A stretch of DNA of 64,000 bases from contig NMRA01000208.1 in NCBI GenBank assembly GCA_002633005.1, positions 1 to 64,000 on the forward strand, in the 5' to 3' direction. Numbering within the stretch: position 1 is the stretch's first letter; every line of letters starts with the position of its first letter. Under the pieces are notes generated by a model. That model saw only the letters and a program-made list of their open reading frames with translations, had not been told where the DNA came from and searched no databases. This DNA is from Phoronis australis (taxonomy: Eukaryota > Animalia > Phoronida). The position numbers and the translations under genes were made by a program. Below are positions 1 through 12,658 of this stretch, piece by piece.

Positions 1-448
1 AACTAGCCACTAGGTGGTGCAGAATACACTAAATCCATTGCGAAATAGAATGCTGCTATCGCCATCATAACAAAAACTTGCTTGCCAAATTTCATAAAAA
101 ATGTCAAAGAGCTCTGAAGGTACAGAGGCAAATGTAAAAACTAAATTTGAAATTGGGGGTACAGCTATATTGACAACTGTCCAAAAGTCATAGGCGGCCA
201 TAGTCACATAACACTTGCAAAATTTCACAAAGATCATTCAAAGCAGTAATGAGATACTGCCGAGAGCACAAAAAAGACAAAATCACCACCAGGGGTGCCA
301 CAGTTGTCAGACTCGTAAAAAATCAGTGTCAGCCATAGTCTTCTCATTACGAACAAATCTGTCGAGTTTTTCAATGATCCTTTAAGTGGTTTGAAACAGA
401 GCCCTGAACAGCTTGCATGAGCATAGAATCATTACACACAGTACTTAC

Positions 449-762
449 CCAACTCTGTTGGAGCCATGGTTCAACAAGCCCTGCCAGCCAGACAACACAG
501 CATGGATCACCGAGGGAATCAGAAAGTCTTTATGCACCAAATTCAGCATGCTCTGAATTCCCTTGAGCCTAGTTTCCGCTCTCTCCACTTGGTGGTGCAA
601 CGATCGCCGCAGCTTCTCGATGTCTATGGGGTTATCATACATGACAAATTCCATAATTTTATTGATGAGGCTGGTGTCAGCAGATGAACCAGTCATTCTC
701 TGTTTCAGACATTGAAGACGAGCCGGGTTGGACACAGCCTGCACCAGAGGGAGCCACATGTC
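449..762 (-). CDS. HERC2: Internal exon of a HERC2-like giant E3 ubiquitin ligase (only exon recognised in the window)
   Basis: Acceptor ttaacag| at 763 and donor |gtaagt at 448. Translation DMWLPLV...KIMEFVMYDNPIDIEKLRRSLHHQVERAETRLKGIQSMLNLVHKDFLIPSV...LSGWQGL closely resembles remembered human HERC2 DKWQPLL...IAEFALKEEPVDVEKMRKCLLKQLERAEVRLEGIDTILKLASKNFLLPSVQYAMFCGWQRL. Confidence 0.85.
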
Positions 763-1289
763 CTGTTAACAAAATAAAATCAATATAACCAACTTGAAAC
801 TATTATTAAACTAAAACCACTACCATTGAAAACATTTTAATTAGTAATTTTAGTTCAACACCAGATTGAATCTTTCAAGAGTCACGTCTTGTCAATTTCT
901 GAGAAAGCTATTTGCAAGTTAGTATACATAACATTTCATTACGTAGGTGGCACATTTAAATACACAAGAGACTAATGCAGCCTTCTGTAGGCTTCTGTAG
1001 TAATTTCTACCCAGTACCTTTTGTTCAGTGTCGCATCTGTCTCGACCGCATTTCGAAGGTCTCCAGCACTAGACCATCGAGCATGCTGTATCCGGAAATT
1101 GCACACCGTTTTACGGATTCAGAGTCTCGATTTCCACCACCGCCGGTATTTCCACAAAAAGAGTTCTGAAGAAGATGTGTACCAACTCCAGCGCTTCGTC
1201 ATCACCCCGCAAGAGTGACCTTGGGTCCGTTCAATGGGGTCTGTTTTGACATTCATCAGATGTAGAAATTGTCAGCTCATTTGTAAATT

Positions 1290-4200
1290 ATTTTTCAGCA
1301 TTTGCCCCAAGATATTGACAACTACTGAGTGTGGGTTCTTCTTCTGCTGCCTCACGTGCAATATAGTAGCAGTCATAATCTGATTTCAGTCGCTCTGGCC
1401 GTGAGTCAAGGATAACATGCGACTTGATGATTAACCTAGGGGAACAGGCCAGGGGTGCTAGATAGGTTTGATAGGCTTGGGAATGTGTTATCAGGAAATA
1501 ACTTGTTGGAGAAGTTTTATGCCGCTGCGCATGGTAGTGATGAGAGTTGTAGTGATTGGACAGGTCGTCTAGAGAGTATTTTACCAAACTTGACCACCGT
1601 TGATGCCTCGCTTAGTCAGAAGCAACGGAGAGAAGCTTAGGGCGAAGTCTTTCAATGGTTTGTCGTCAAAGGTTGTAAAGGGGGCAATTGCATACACGTA
1701 TGATAGGGGAACCAATTTTGGTGAGTTGTTGGTCGTTGCTCGTGTCGTAGATTCTGTGCAAGGTACCCCTGTTGTAGTTAAATCGTCTACCGTGCAAGAT
1801 CAAACCATTCATTGAACTGAGAAATGAAATTAAGCGCCTACGTCAGCGTGTCAGTGAGCTGAGTACCCCTCATAGAAGGTTCATGGGAAAAGTGCGGGCA
1901 AACTGGTCACAAGCAGGATCAGTGTAGGAATAACACAAATGTGAATGCGTCGGGGGAGGGAGCCGCTTCTTAGTCGTGAAACAAGAGGTTCATTCATATG
2001 TGGAGCAATTTATTGGACCCTGTCTAGAACTACATGTTAAGGTTGATGGGTAATCCTACCAGGCTTTGATTGATAGTGGTTCGCAGATATCCTCTGTGTC
2101 CAAGAGTTTTGCAGACAATGTATTGACACCAACGGCAAGGGAGTTGAAACTTCTATTGAGAATAGAGGGTGCGCATGGTTCGATATTGCCATACCTCGGT
2201 TTTATAGAATGCGATCTCCAGATGTTGTCCAGTGATGGTAAATTTAGGCGCAAGTCTGCAGTTTTGTTAGTTGTGAATGATACTCCATACAATCAACAAG
2301 TCACTTGCATTATTGCCACTAATGTCTTGAGAGTGTTTACTGGTGCTGCTTCGTTAGTTAGGAAACTGCCTGTTCCTTTTAAGACGGCATATGCAGTAGT
2401 AAAACATCACTGTGAAGCTAATCAGAGCTCAGGAGTATTCACTGAGGGTGTTAAGGTGACACCAGGGGAGAGCAAAATTATTGATGGCGTTTGTATGAGC
2501 CGTATTGAGTCTGGGTAGTTTTGGTGGTGTCTGGTGATGGATTACCTGGACGGTTAGTTGTTCACTCGCAAGTTTGTGGGGTCGAAAGCTCTTTTGGTAT
2601 TTGCAGAGTTAACTTCATTGCGAGTAATACCAGTCAGAAGTTTGTTACTATTCCTTGTCGTGCTGTAGTCTGTAGAGCACAGTCTGTTGAAATTGTAGGG
2701 ACAGTTGAGAGATTACAGTAAGCGTAGTGGAGTAGAGGTCTCTGCAGAAATATTATGTGGCCACCAACTTGGCAGTGGAGAGACAGTAGATTGATGGCTC
2801 TGATAACTGAATACGGTCACTTGTTCTCTCGATCCGATACTGATTTGGGGTTCACATATTTGTTGGAGCATGAAATTAAGTTGAACGATGACACTCCGTT
2901 TAACTACCTGTACCGGTTTATACCTGGAACTCGAAGTTATCTGGAGAATATGGTCCGTATTGGGGTTATTTCCAAGTCCGACTCGCCATTTAGCTGTAAT
3001 GTGATCTGTTGTAGAAAACCTCATTGTAGTGTTAAAGTGTGCGTGGACTATCGCAAGTTAAATTCGCGTACTTTAAAAGATGCGTTACCCTTACCTGTAA
3101 TTGAGGAGACTGTTGACAACATGTCTGGAGCTAAGCTGTTCACATCTTTAGACTTGAAGTCTGAGTATTGGCAGTGTTCTCTAGCTGATTCGGCTCGTCC
3201 TAAAACTACTTTCACAGTAGGGAATACAGGTCATTTTGAGTATAACCGTCTTCTTATGGGTCTCTCCAATTCCCCTGCGACATTCCATCGGCTAATGGAA
3301 AAGTTTTTTAAGGGTATGTTACTGGAGGATTGCTGAATATATTCATACGACATTGTGGTTTTCGAAAACATTTAATGAACACCTTGATTGTCTCCGGCGG
3401 GTGTTTCAACGACTCCAAAGTTGTGGGTTGAAGCTCAAGCTGTCAAAATGTAAATTCCTGCAAATGAACATTAAACTTAGGTCCACTAATTCATGTGACG
3501 ACATGATGCATTATGTTCAGGATATGAACAAGTATTTGCAATAATGTTTTGACCAAGTGAATTTACGTACGAAGGACTGCCATAAGAAACAATAAAACCG
3601 TGTAATCCTTCGGTGGTCACTGATGTGTTGCATGCTGGAGATATTGTTATGGTTAAGAGAGTTGTCTGTACTATCTTGATGACCTTTGGAAATCTGAACT
3701 GTATGAGGTAGTTAGTCAACCCGACCTGAACATACCTGTATACATTGGGAAACCGTTAAATGGTGTTTCGCGTAAAACGCGGACTCTTCATGGGAACTTA
3801 CTCAAGCCCATTGTATGTAGTGTAAACGCTGTGATGAGTGAGGTGTTCGTGAAGTATTGTGGTTACATGATATATGTATTGTGGCAACACTCATAGTCAC
3901 TGTCTGTAGTGAAGGTTACATTTACTTTAACCTAGAATTCTAACACATATTAAGTATGTATACATGTTGCGGTAGAAGTATGCCCACAAATTACATTTTT
4001 GAAGTGTTGTAACACGATTTTGGTACCAGTTAATTGTCTACGTTGTTTGACTGTTTCTATCTGACCTTGGTAATGTCATTATTTTCACTTTCAGTTATCT
4101 GTTGTTATTAGGTATGTTGTGTTCCGTCTAAACTTAATACAGTTTACTTTGTTATGTCGGGACGCTATTTTTCTGTAGGAGAAGTGTGTGGTGGAACGGG

Positions 4201-4449
4201 CTCCTGCCCATTAGCGCGAGTCGCTATTCATATTCTGATGTCTATTGTGACGTCTACTTGAAGCTATTTGTTGGCCCTATTCATTGATAGTCAAATGTCC
4301 ATGCGTGCTGTCTGGAGACCTCGTGGTTTAAAGGAATCTTTGATCGGAGTTTGTGAAGTGTAGCTTTATCGTTGGTATATGTACAATATATTATTGAACT
4401 GCAGTCGCTGGTCTTATTATTTATTTGTGTAACACATGTCCGTGACACA
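1290..4449 (+). mobile_element. Degenerate Ty3/Gypsy LTR retrotransposon (PNMA-like gag, protease, RT; RNase H/integrase core deleted; 3' LTR only)
   Basis: gag-like LGNVLSGNNLLEKFYAAAHGSDESCSDWTGRLESIL (1455-1640); protease ALIDSGSQIS (about 2060); RT KVCVDYRKLN...FTSLDLKSEYWQ...MGLSNSPATFHRLME (2755-3480); stops and frameshifts throughout. 5' boundary approximate. Confidence 0.9.
4187..4449 (+). repeat. Putative 3' LTR of the plus-strand Gypsy element
   Basis: Purine tract aggagaag immediately upstream; TGTG...CACA termini; homology to the duplicated gene block begins just after it. No second copy in the window to confirm. Confidence 0.6.
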
Positions 4450-4528
4450 ACCGTTGCAAAGAGTAACCAACTGAAAGAGGAGCTCAGATGAATTCTTGCA
4501 GTTGATGCTACGGCACTAATCAGCCAGC

Positions 4529-4728
4529 TTATTGGTTACACTGAGTGTTACCAGGGCGATCACAAACACACAGATTCAAGTTGAAGCGTGTTCCTGGCCC
4601 ACACCTGTGAAGGTTGGTAGAGCCGCCAGGTGTCGTGCTCACGTCCTTCTGTGTGAAGAACTTACAGTCCATGCCTGGGACCTTACAGTACTGGTTCCCG
4701 TCTTTGTTGCGACAGTACTTTGAATCAA
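4529..4728 (-). CDS. Gene copy A, last exon: peritrophin-A/CBM14-like chitin-binding domain
   Basis: Acceptor tttcttacag|, phase 1. (I)DSKYCRNKDGNQYCKVPGMDCKFFTQKDVSTTPGGSTNLHRCGPGTRFNLNLCVCDRPGNTQCNQ*. C-x-P-G-T-x-F-N...CVC...C pattern. Same 200-nt length in the paralog. Confidence 0.8.
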
Positions 4729-5394
4729 CTGTAAGAAACAAACAAGTGTATGCTTTCTAGATACAGGAGCCACGGCTGGGGTATGAGCAATCTTTTCAGT
4801 TTCATCTTTAAGGGACGCCGGCGAGTTTGGTACGAAGAAACCCTTTTTGGGGATTTTTGTTGGGAAAGAGAGACTTCTGAAAGATATTTTTATCTTTGAC
4901 GAAAGCTAAAAAACAATTTAAGTCTTTGTTTTTGTGGTTTTAGACATCAATGATTCTCTTTGGCTTTCAGCTAATTCGCTGGCACCGGGTATGATTTCAG
5001 CGATTGTCTGTCAGACAACTGCGAAAAGTGATGGTTTGTAATGAAATCACAAAATACAAAGGATTGTTGTTTTACAGCTCTGCTCAAAGCTATATTCAAG
5101 AAGTCTATCCCTTCCAACAAAAATCTCAAAAACAGTTTTTCGACAGTAAAACCAATTATGTCCCTTTTAGCCAGTGTTTGCCACCGTTTGAGGTAAGATC
5201 GTGTTAAAACAGGGTATAAAGAGATTGTGAGCGTAATTTGAAATATATGCATGGACTGTGGGTTTCAATTATTTTATGGCGTCTGGTTACATTTGACATA
5301 AACACAGGTAAACAAGCAAGTGATGTCATGATGTTTTTCATGAATTTCGCCTGCTGAAGAGACTTCACTAATTCATTAATTCTGTCAAACTTAC

Positions 5395-5521
5395 TCTGAG
5401 GATTGAATATCCTGAAAACTCCTGTGCCATTCAGCGTACGCACTCCTAGGTCTGAGCTAAGCGAACGGGTTGCCTGGTATAAGTCGTTCGTAGAGGCCAA
5501 AATTCCTTGAACTGTGCCAAA
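5395..5521 (-). CDS. Gene copy A, exon encoding the C-terminal part of the FAMeT-like domain
   Basis: ttttcag|TTTGGC...CAG A|gtaagt, 127 nt, phase 0 to 1, matches both neighbours. FGTVQGILASTNDLYQATRSLSSDLGVRTLNGTGVFRIFNPQ. Confidence 0.8.
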
Positions 5522-6630
5522 CTGAAAAAGAAGCAATCGCATCTACTTCTCAGTTGATTTCATAGCTTACATCGTCAAATGCACCGAAACTGATTAAAGA
5601 TACCGATGATTAATTCTACATAAAAGAGTCTAGCAAGTTATGTTTCAATTTCATTTGAACCCAGCAATACCCGGAGGTTTTATTCGTTCACTTGAAAATC
5701 ATTCCACTGTTTAAAATTCAGCTGCCTATGAAAATTGGTTTTAACAACAAAAGGCTCTCAGATAACAAATCTTAAGTTTATTTTTGATTTACGTCTAAGA
5801 TTTGTTTAAACTTACAAATGAAATTTCCACATCCAGTAAATTAGTCAAAATTAAGACAAAACATCAGTAAAAGTTAAACTTAAGATATCTTTTTTGAAAT
5901 GCACTTGAGACAAACCTGATTTTTATCTCAAAGATGGTTGAAATTTAAGATTTGTCTTTGCTAACTCAGTGTCATTGGAACAGGCCCATGAACTGGAAAA
6001 ACCTCGTTTTCGGCTGAGATTCTATTTAGTTGATATGCACTTGTTTGGTGTAACTGGAATTCCATGTTGAAACAGTGGGCAAAACTATGTTGGGGATAGA
6101 TTTCTGTTTTCGCAATCGATTGCTTACTCGTTGATTGCAAAATCCTCATGTTCGATCCAGGAGGTTTTGGTATGCTTCAGGTACCATATCCAAGTCGACA
6201 TATCGTCGCGGTGAACTTGGACTAAATGACCACTATGTGTTGACATAAACGATGTTGTGAAGACGTTCCAAGTTTTAACCAAGCAGTGTGACTGGATTAT
6301 TTAGTGACATTGAAAACTGGTTGTCAAACATATGGTGCACCCTCTAGTGCCGCTACCTGTCGTATTCAGAATAGTTACAACTGGCAAGTACTAGTAGGAT
6401 ACGATAGGTGGCGCTTCGGCAGGATTTCGAAATCGTCATTCCAAAAGTTTGATTTTTTCATTAATCACCATGGAGTTCACAGAGCAAGTTGAGAATTTTT
6501 TGTTTTGTTTTGGCGGCGGTACTATGACTGGAGTGATTGTCAAAAGCAAACTTGGCCTGTGACGTCCTCTCGACTCAGCTGTTGTCAAATCTCTACCAAT
6601 CTCAGATGTGCATCCGTCGTATAAGCATAG

Positions 6631-9600
6631 CCTTTCAAGTCAACGATAGAGCATAATAAACGTTTTACTTATGTGACCTTGAACCTTTTAACAAACCAGT
6701 AACTATCGCCTCCTAGCGATAGATATCGCAACATCCCTTAAACAATGTGTCCACAGGGATGCTGCGGCACCATTAGATAAATCTGACTAGAGTTTTGCCT
6801 CTCTTGTAGTAGATGGTGCTTCATGTGGCTTACGCAGATGCACACGGTTACTTCTGTAGGATCCTTCTGGAGTTTCGACGTGGTGCGACCTGTCATCGAC
6901 TACTTGAGTCACAACGCCTTTGTCCCAAACTGTGTTTCCCAAATGGAAAGGTTGGATGCGAACTGTAGAGAGAGGGGAAGGTCCTTCGCTACTCTATTGT
7001 ATTGCTGTACGTGACGCCACTTCGCATTTTCAATGCGCTAATGATAATGTTGGTCGGCGCTATCACTACGGTGCATGAGCAAGTCACCAAGCACTGGTAA
7101 GCGGGTACGAGTACGTCGGCCTAGTAAACGTTGGACTGGACTGCTGCCCACTCCCTGTTGTGGTGTGTTTCGTAACTCCAGGAAGGGCTTGTCTGCAATA
7201 ATTTGCAGTTGGGCAGTTGCGGCTTTACTGCTGACTCAACTTTGACATTGGATTGGGAATGCTTTGGAGCATTCATGTGATGGGGTGTGCCTCATTTCAT
7301 CATGAATTCACGAAATTTTCCACTCGAGTATTGACTGCCTGGATCAGTTATGACGGTCAATGGCATTCCGAAACGACAGAAAGGCGGCTTATCTTCTGAA
7401 TAATCGCTGACGCAGAAAGTGAAGTGAGGCGGTCAACCTCTCAGACGCTGGACAAATAATCCTAGATGATTTGGCAATCATATCCATTCACAGAGAAAGT
7501 TTCCATTCCAACCTTCTCCCCAAGGTCAAAGAGGTGTATCGTGTGATCTGAAAATCTCTATATGTGAGTTTTTTTTTCGAACGTCTGGTGCTCATTGTAA
7601 GTTTGGACGAGCTGACGTATGTTATCCGTTATGCCTGGCTAAAACATACATTCGCTGGTGCGACGTAGAGTGCTTTCCACGCCTAACTGGGGCTCAAGTA
7701 ACAGTGGCTTGATCTTAGGACGGAGCTACCTGGGAACAACGACAGGTTCACCGCTAAACACAAGACCATCTCTGATAGCATACTCATCACGTGTTGAAAA
7801 ATAAGCGTGTAGTTTGGAATGGAAGACTGTCCTTTAGCATTGGCCATCCAGTACTTATCATTTTGACGGGTTGCTGGAGACCTTCACCCGAGGCTGTGTG
7901 CTGCTTCACCTCAGTGATACTGGTAACCATGTAACCTAATTAACGTCCACCAAAGGACGGGTCACATCAGTATCAGGCAAGGCGGCTCTCGATAACCGGG
8001 GAAATGTGCATTAGTTTCCCTGGCTGCCACTTGCTATCTGCGTCATAGTTGTGAATGCGCATAAACATGGCGTGCAACAGCCTAGGTGAACAGGACAGAG
8101 GCATCTGAGATAAGGTGTGCAGAGGTTTATGATCGGACAAAACTGTTACCTTACGTCCAAAGGTAAATTGGTGGAAGCCCTTGAGGGCATAAGCTATGGT
8201 AAGACACTCACGCTCAATAGAAGCATAACGAGATTCAATAGGAGCGAGTGCCCTCGAAGCGTACGCAGTTGGCTTGCCCTATTGCATCAACGCTGCTCCG
8301 AGACCCTTCTCAGACAAGTCACTTTCAATGATGAGTTCCTCCTGTGGGTAAAAAAAGGACAGGACTGGAGTTAATGAAGCCATGTGTTTTGTCTCACGAA
8401 AAGCACGATCCAAAACTGAGGAGAGGTGAGGCAGGAATATCGCTAGGTAACCAAATGTGCCCTGAAGTCGCAGCACACCTTGGCGATCGTATGGTTTCCC
8501 CACAGCGAGGATTGCTTCTACCTTTTGGGGATCTGGTTTTAGGTCTTAAGATGTGACTAGATGAGCCATGAACTCAAGTTCAGGCACAAGGAACTTACAC
8601 TTGGCCAAATTAAAGGGCAGACGCGATTCCGTGATGCGTTGCAGTAGGCATCTCAGGTTGACATCATGGTTCTCATCGTCAAGGTCTATTAACAGTACGT
8701 CATCTGCCACACAGAACATTCATGTAGGCCCTCCAAAGATTCCATTAGTCGCTTTTGGAAATTCTCAGCGGAAATAGCGAAACCAAAGGGCAAACGCTTC
8801 CATGGGTACCGACCAAAAGGGGTGACAAAGGTCGTAAGCTTGCTTGCTAGAAGCCTTATAGAGTGTGCAATGCTAGTTACCAGATTTGAGGTCAAGCGTT
8901 GAGAGAACTTTCGCTGGTGCCACATCAGGCACGATATCATCCATAGTAGGAATTTGGAAAATCTCCCGTTTGAGTGCTTTGTTGAGAGGCCGTTGATCAA
9001 GACAGATGCGGATGAATCCGTCATTCTTCGTTTGTAGCGACATCTGGTTACACCAGTCAGTAGGTTCATCGATGGGGGGTAATAACACTATTCCGGACGA
9101 GACGACTGAGTTCTGGCTTGACACGGGGTTTAAGCGAATGGGTATACGTCGAGGCGGGCACCTGACAAGAGTCACCATGTTGTCATCGGTGAAATGCAAT
9201 GGCTTCGAAAAAGTGCCAAGCTGAGGGAACTGCTTCGCAATGTCATCGAGCGCTTCATCTGGTTTTCTGACGGAGTGTACCCGTGGAGCCACCTCAAAAC
9301 TGTCATAGTTCATGGTGACAAGGTTCATTCTTTCCGCTGAGTCTCTACTTAGAAGCGGTGTAAAATTACACTCTACAAAATGGAACAGCAAATTGTAAAT
9401 TATGCCCGTTTTGAGTTTTGTCACTGGAAGATCGATAGTGCCACACACTGAAGTAATTTGTTTGTTCCACATCTCTAACTTAGTGCGACAAGGCTGATGT
9501 GGGTACTCTGTGTTATACTTGTCAGGTAAGCAATTGACATATGCGCTTGGGTCAACTTGAAATATAACTTCAGATTCGACAAGGTACATTCTGTCGTAAA

Positions 9601-10673
9601 TCAGACCTTCTTTGAGTTGTGGTCCACTGCCGAAATGTTTTGCATTCCACGATCAGACGCAGAGAGTACTTGCACTGATAGAACGTATTCGTCATCAGAG
9701 TCTAGGGTGACTGCACGGACTGGTATCCTTTCAGCACTTCTGCAGCACAAGGGAAAATGATTCTTCCTATGACAATTACTGCATTCGTTTCCCCACGCAG
9801 GGTATGCTTCTTTCTTTCGGTAATGATCTCCGCCACAATACAGTTGGTCACACGATTGCGTGGAGGTTTCTGTGCATATCGGGAAACCTTGTACACCCTA
9901 TCTCGGTCTGACACTTATATGGCGTAACTGCTGAGTGGTGTTCTCGGAAGATCTGTGGCCGTCGCGAGGGTTAGGTCCGGTTTTTGAAAGAGTTGTTTTC
10001 TAATGTTGTTGTCATTAATACCCATCACTATACGATCTTTCATGAGGCTGTCTCTCAAACAGTCACAAAAGTTGCAGGATTCTTTGAGTTCTTTTAATGT
10101 GGCCAGAAAGTTGTCAAAAGATTCGTCCGGTATCTGCTGGCGGGAATAAAATAAATATCTTTGGTAGGTGTCATTTTGGTTCCCAATGATATGAGTTTCG
10201 AACTTCTTAATCAAAAATTTCATGTTCTGCTTACCTTCTCCGGTGCCAAAATCTAGGGTATTGAATAGTTTTAACCCCACCAGACTTAAAGTGTTCAGTT
10301 CTTGCTGCAATAGTTTGTCCTTACTTTCTAGTTCAGTAATAATGGAGTAGTTTTCAATCATTTGTCTGAATATTTTCCACTCACTCACAGCGACATACAA
10401 TGTCAATGGCTTACGCGGATCTACTAGAGTTCAAAGGCACCATCTTGTTTTTTCTTTTTCTTTTTTTGACACGATCATTGAGCAAACAGTCAACAGAGAG
10501 TCAAAACTTTGGCACTGATTACTGTAGCTTAGAATTAAAAGTCTACACTAAGTCTTAAATGTTTCAGCATGATCATACCGCTGCCACCATGTTTCAAGTC
10601 GACCGCAACAGAACATAATAAACGCTTTTAACAAACCAGTAACTATCGCCACCTAGCGATAGATATCGCAACA
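6631..10673 (-). mobile_element. Full-length but decayed Gypsy LTR retrotransposon (Mag/K02A2.6-like) inserted in an intron of gene copy A
   Basis: Short LTRs 6631-6733 and 10590-10673; PBS TGGTGGCAGCGGT; TSD catag/tatag; gag (9915-10406, RDSLMKDRIVMGINDNNIRKQL), protease VIFQVDPSAYVNCLP, RT IRICLDQRPLNKAL / TPFGRYPWKRLPFG, RNase H ELIIESDLSEKGLGAALMQ, and probable integrase remnants at about 7100-7750. Confidence 0.92.
10577..10589 (-). promoter_or_regulatory. Primer-binding site, probably tRNA-Leu
   Basis: Minus strand TGGTGGCAGCGGT directly follows the 5' LTR. It is complementary to the ACCGCTGCCA-CCA 3' end of metazoan tRNA-Leu (recalled). Confidence 0.75.
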
Positions 10674-11063
10674 TATAGAGCAAGTATTTCGCTAGTCTCG
10701 ATATTTCCCTAACTAATTCATTGTCTAACTACAGACCAGACGTTGTCCTTTTACTTGCATTGAAAGTCTTCAAAACCGCCTTAAAGTTACAAAGTAGCTT
10801 ACTTGAGTTGAGAATTGGAATTGTTTAATAAGCACAACTTCCTAACATCATTGCTCACAACGCTGTGGCGTTAGAGATAGTGTATCTTGAAATGCTATAT
10901 CTCCCACAGCAGTGTCACCTGGTGAACGTATACCGCAAGCTAAACCCTAGCCTTCACCCTAAACTCTGTGAATGAGTCAGATGACGTATACATGTATTTG
11001 ACCTTTCAAAAGCAATAAAAATCCTTAGATACTTTTGAAATACTATTTTCTGTGTTAATTACA

Positions 11064-11320
11064 GTCTCACCAGTCCGAAGATTCTCTATAATCCGAACTA
11101 TTTCAAAAATGTTAGAAACTATCAAAAAGGTTTTATAGTCCAACAGTTAAAAAGTCCGAAGATTCGATAGTCCAAACTAAAAAAGTAAAGGTCTCTGTAG
11201 TCCGAAGACTCAATAGTTTGATGGTACGACCATACTAAATTCATGTCCTGACAAAACATTCGGACTATAGAGACATCTAGTTTTGTTGTCGGACTATCGA
11301 ATCTTCGGACTGTAGACATG
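11064..11320. mobile_element. Small non-autonomous element with internal agtccgaa/ttcggact repeats and inverted ends
   Basis: cagtccgaagattc near 11071 is inverted as gaatcttcggactg near 11300; several internal tagtccgaa-like units. Confidence 0.5.
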
Positions 11321-11591
11321 GATACTGTTGCCCAGGTGGTATTTACTAGCCAGGGGACGACTGAATGTGATGTGAACAGCCTAACAAACGGCCTGCGTCT
11401 TGGTTCTGCACTAGGATTCCGCTTTCACTTCATGGACGTCGTGCCATAGGGGGGCCGCTATAGCCCCCCCGGTTATTTCAGTGCTGCGCTTCCCCTGGAC
11501 TCCAAGGGCGGCGCATCATAGGGTGCTGCGCCGCCCATGCACTTCCATTGATTAAGCATAATGTCGTACTCACTATTGAACTTAGTCTGAG

Positions 11592-11739
11592 TGCTGTCTA
11601 ATCAAATGCTTACAGGCAACGTCAGCCCTGGAGTTCTGCGCCTTCTGCTGTCACGGGGATGGTCTGTGGAGGGGATTAATGCACCAGCATATCCCCAATG
11701 ATCCTGTCCGTGACAGGTATTACAGGTATTACAGGTATT
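11592..11739 (+). mobile_element. 5'-truncated retroposon 3' end with (ACAGGTATT)3 tail and 12-bp TSD
   Basis: acttagtctgag at 11580-11591 and 11740-11751 flanks an insert ending in acaggtatt x3. Confidence 0.75.
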
Positions 11740-11876
11740 ACTTAGTCTGAGCAAATCATTCGTGTCGCTCAATGGAAGTGAAGCTGTTTAACAAAGTCAG
11801 TTGAACTACAATACTGTTTTTATTCATAAGCTAACTGCATTTAATCCGTTTAACGTTCAAGATAACATTAACTGAC

Positions 11877-12280
11877 CTCAAAGCTTTTGTTTTCCCCGCG
11901 CCACGCCAAGTAGAACTGGACGAATTCGTTGCACTTCAGCAACTTTCGTTTCACAGTATCCTCGGTGACTTGGTGATTCCCACTGCTCCCGACGATGGGA
12001 TGGACCAGCACACGATTGACATCGAAGGTCTTCTCTTCCCCCAGGAAAAGTAAATAATCGGGTAGGATGATGCCTGCATGTATACCCTCTGCAGCAATGT
12101 TGCCAATGCGGACAGAGGCCAACTTACAGGCCTTCACTTGGAACTTTACGTAGTTGAAAGTTGTGAAGTCATATTGAGACTTAATGAGTTTACGTTCACC
12201 AGTTGTTTTTATTTCCTCGTAGTCATCTGTAATAAATGGAAAGGTGTGTAAACCCGCGACTCGTCTCAAGCAATGTGTTA
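11877..12280 (-). CDS. Gene copy A, main exon of the farnesoic-acid O-methyltransferase-like (Methyltransf_FA) domain
   Basis: ctgcag|TA ACA CAT TGC...GAG|gtcagt, 404 nt open. Motifs VKFQVKAC...ASVRI and LLKCNEFVQFYLAW match the remembered FAMeT-domain pattern F-x-V-K-A-C...L-x-C-x-E-F-x-x-F-W-x-x-W. Confidence 0.78.
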
Positions 12281-12658
12281 CTGCAGTTCAAAGATACCGT
12301 AACCAATTCGATAAATTAAAAACATTATAAAGAAATTTCTTTTTCACGTGGTATGTTTTATCGCTAAAGGTGACCTGCCACATGACGACGCATCATACAC
12401 ACAAAGGTTATCCCACATACATAGGGATATCATTGCAATACCACATCGAGAATTCATTTCATCTGTGAATGTCCCCAGCGAGACCGAAGTATTCCTAAGT
12501 ATTTTGGATAACTTATATTTATTTTATTTGATTGATAATTGGCTCAATCGATCTGAATTAACTTATTGGGGAGATGTGTTATTCAGATTGAAGTCTCGTT
12601 GTTGTTTTTTCAGAGACATATTGTAAAACAAATGCTTTTAGTTTGAACCTGTTTTGAC

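Noticed and set aside
10-237. ORF as the next HERC2 exon
   Set aside because: Translation does not resemble the expected downstream HERC2 sequence.
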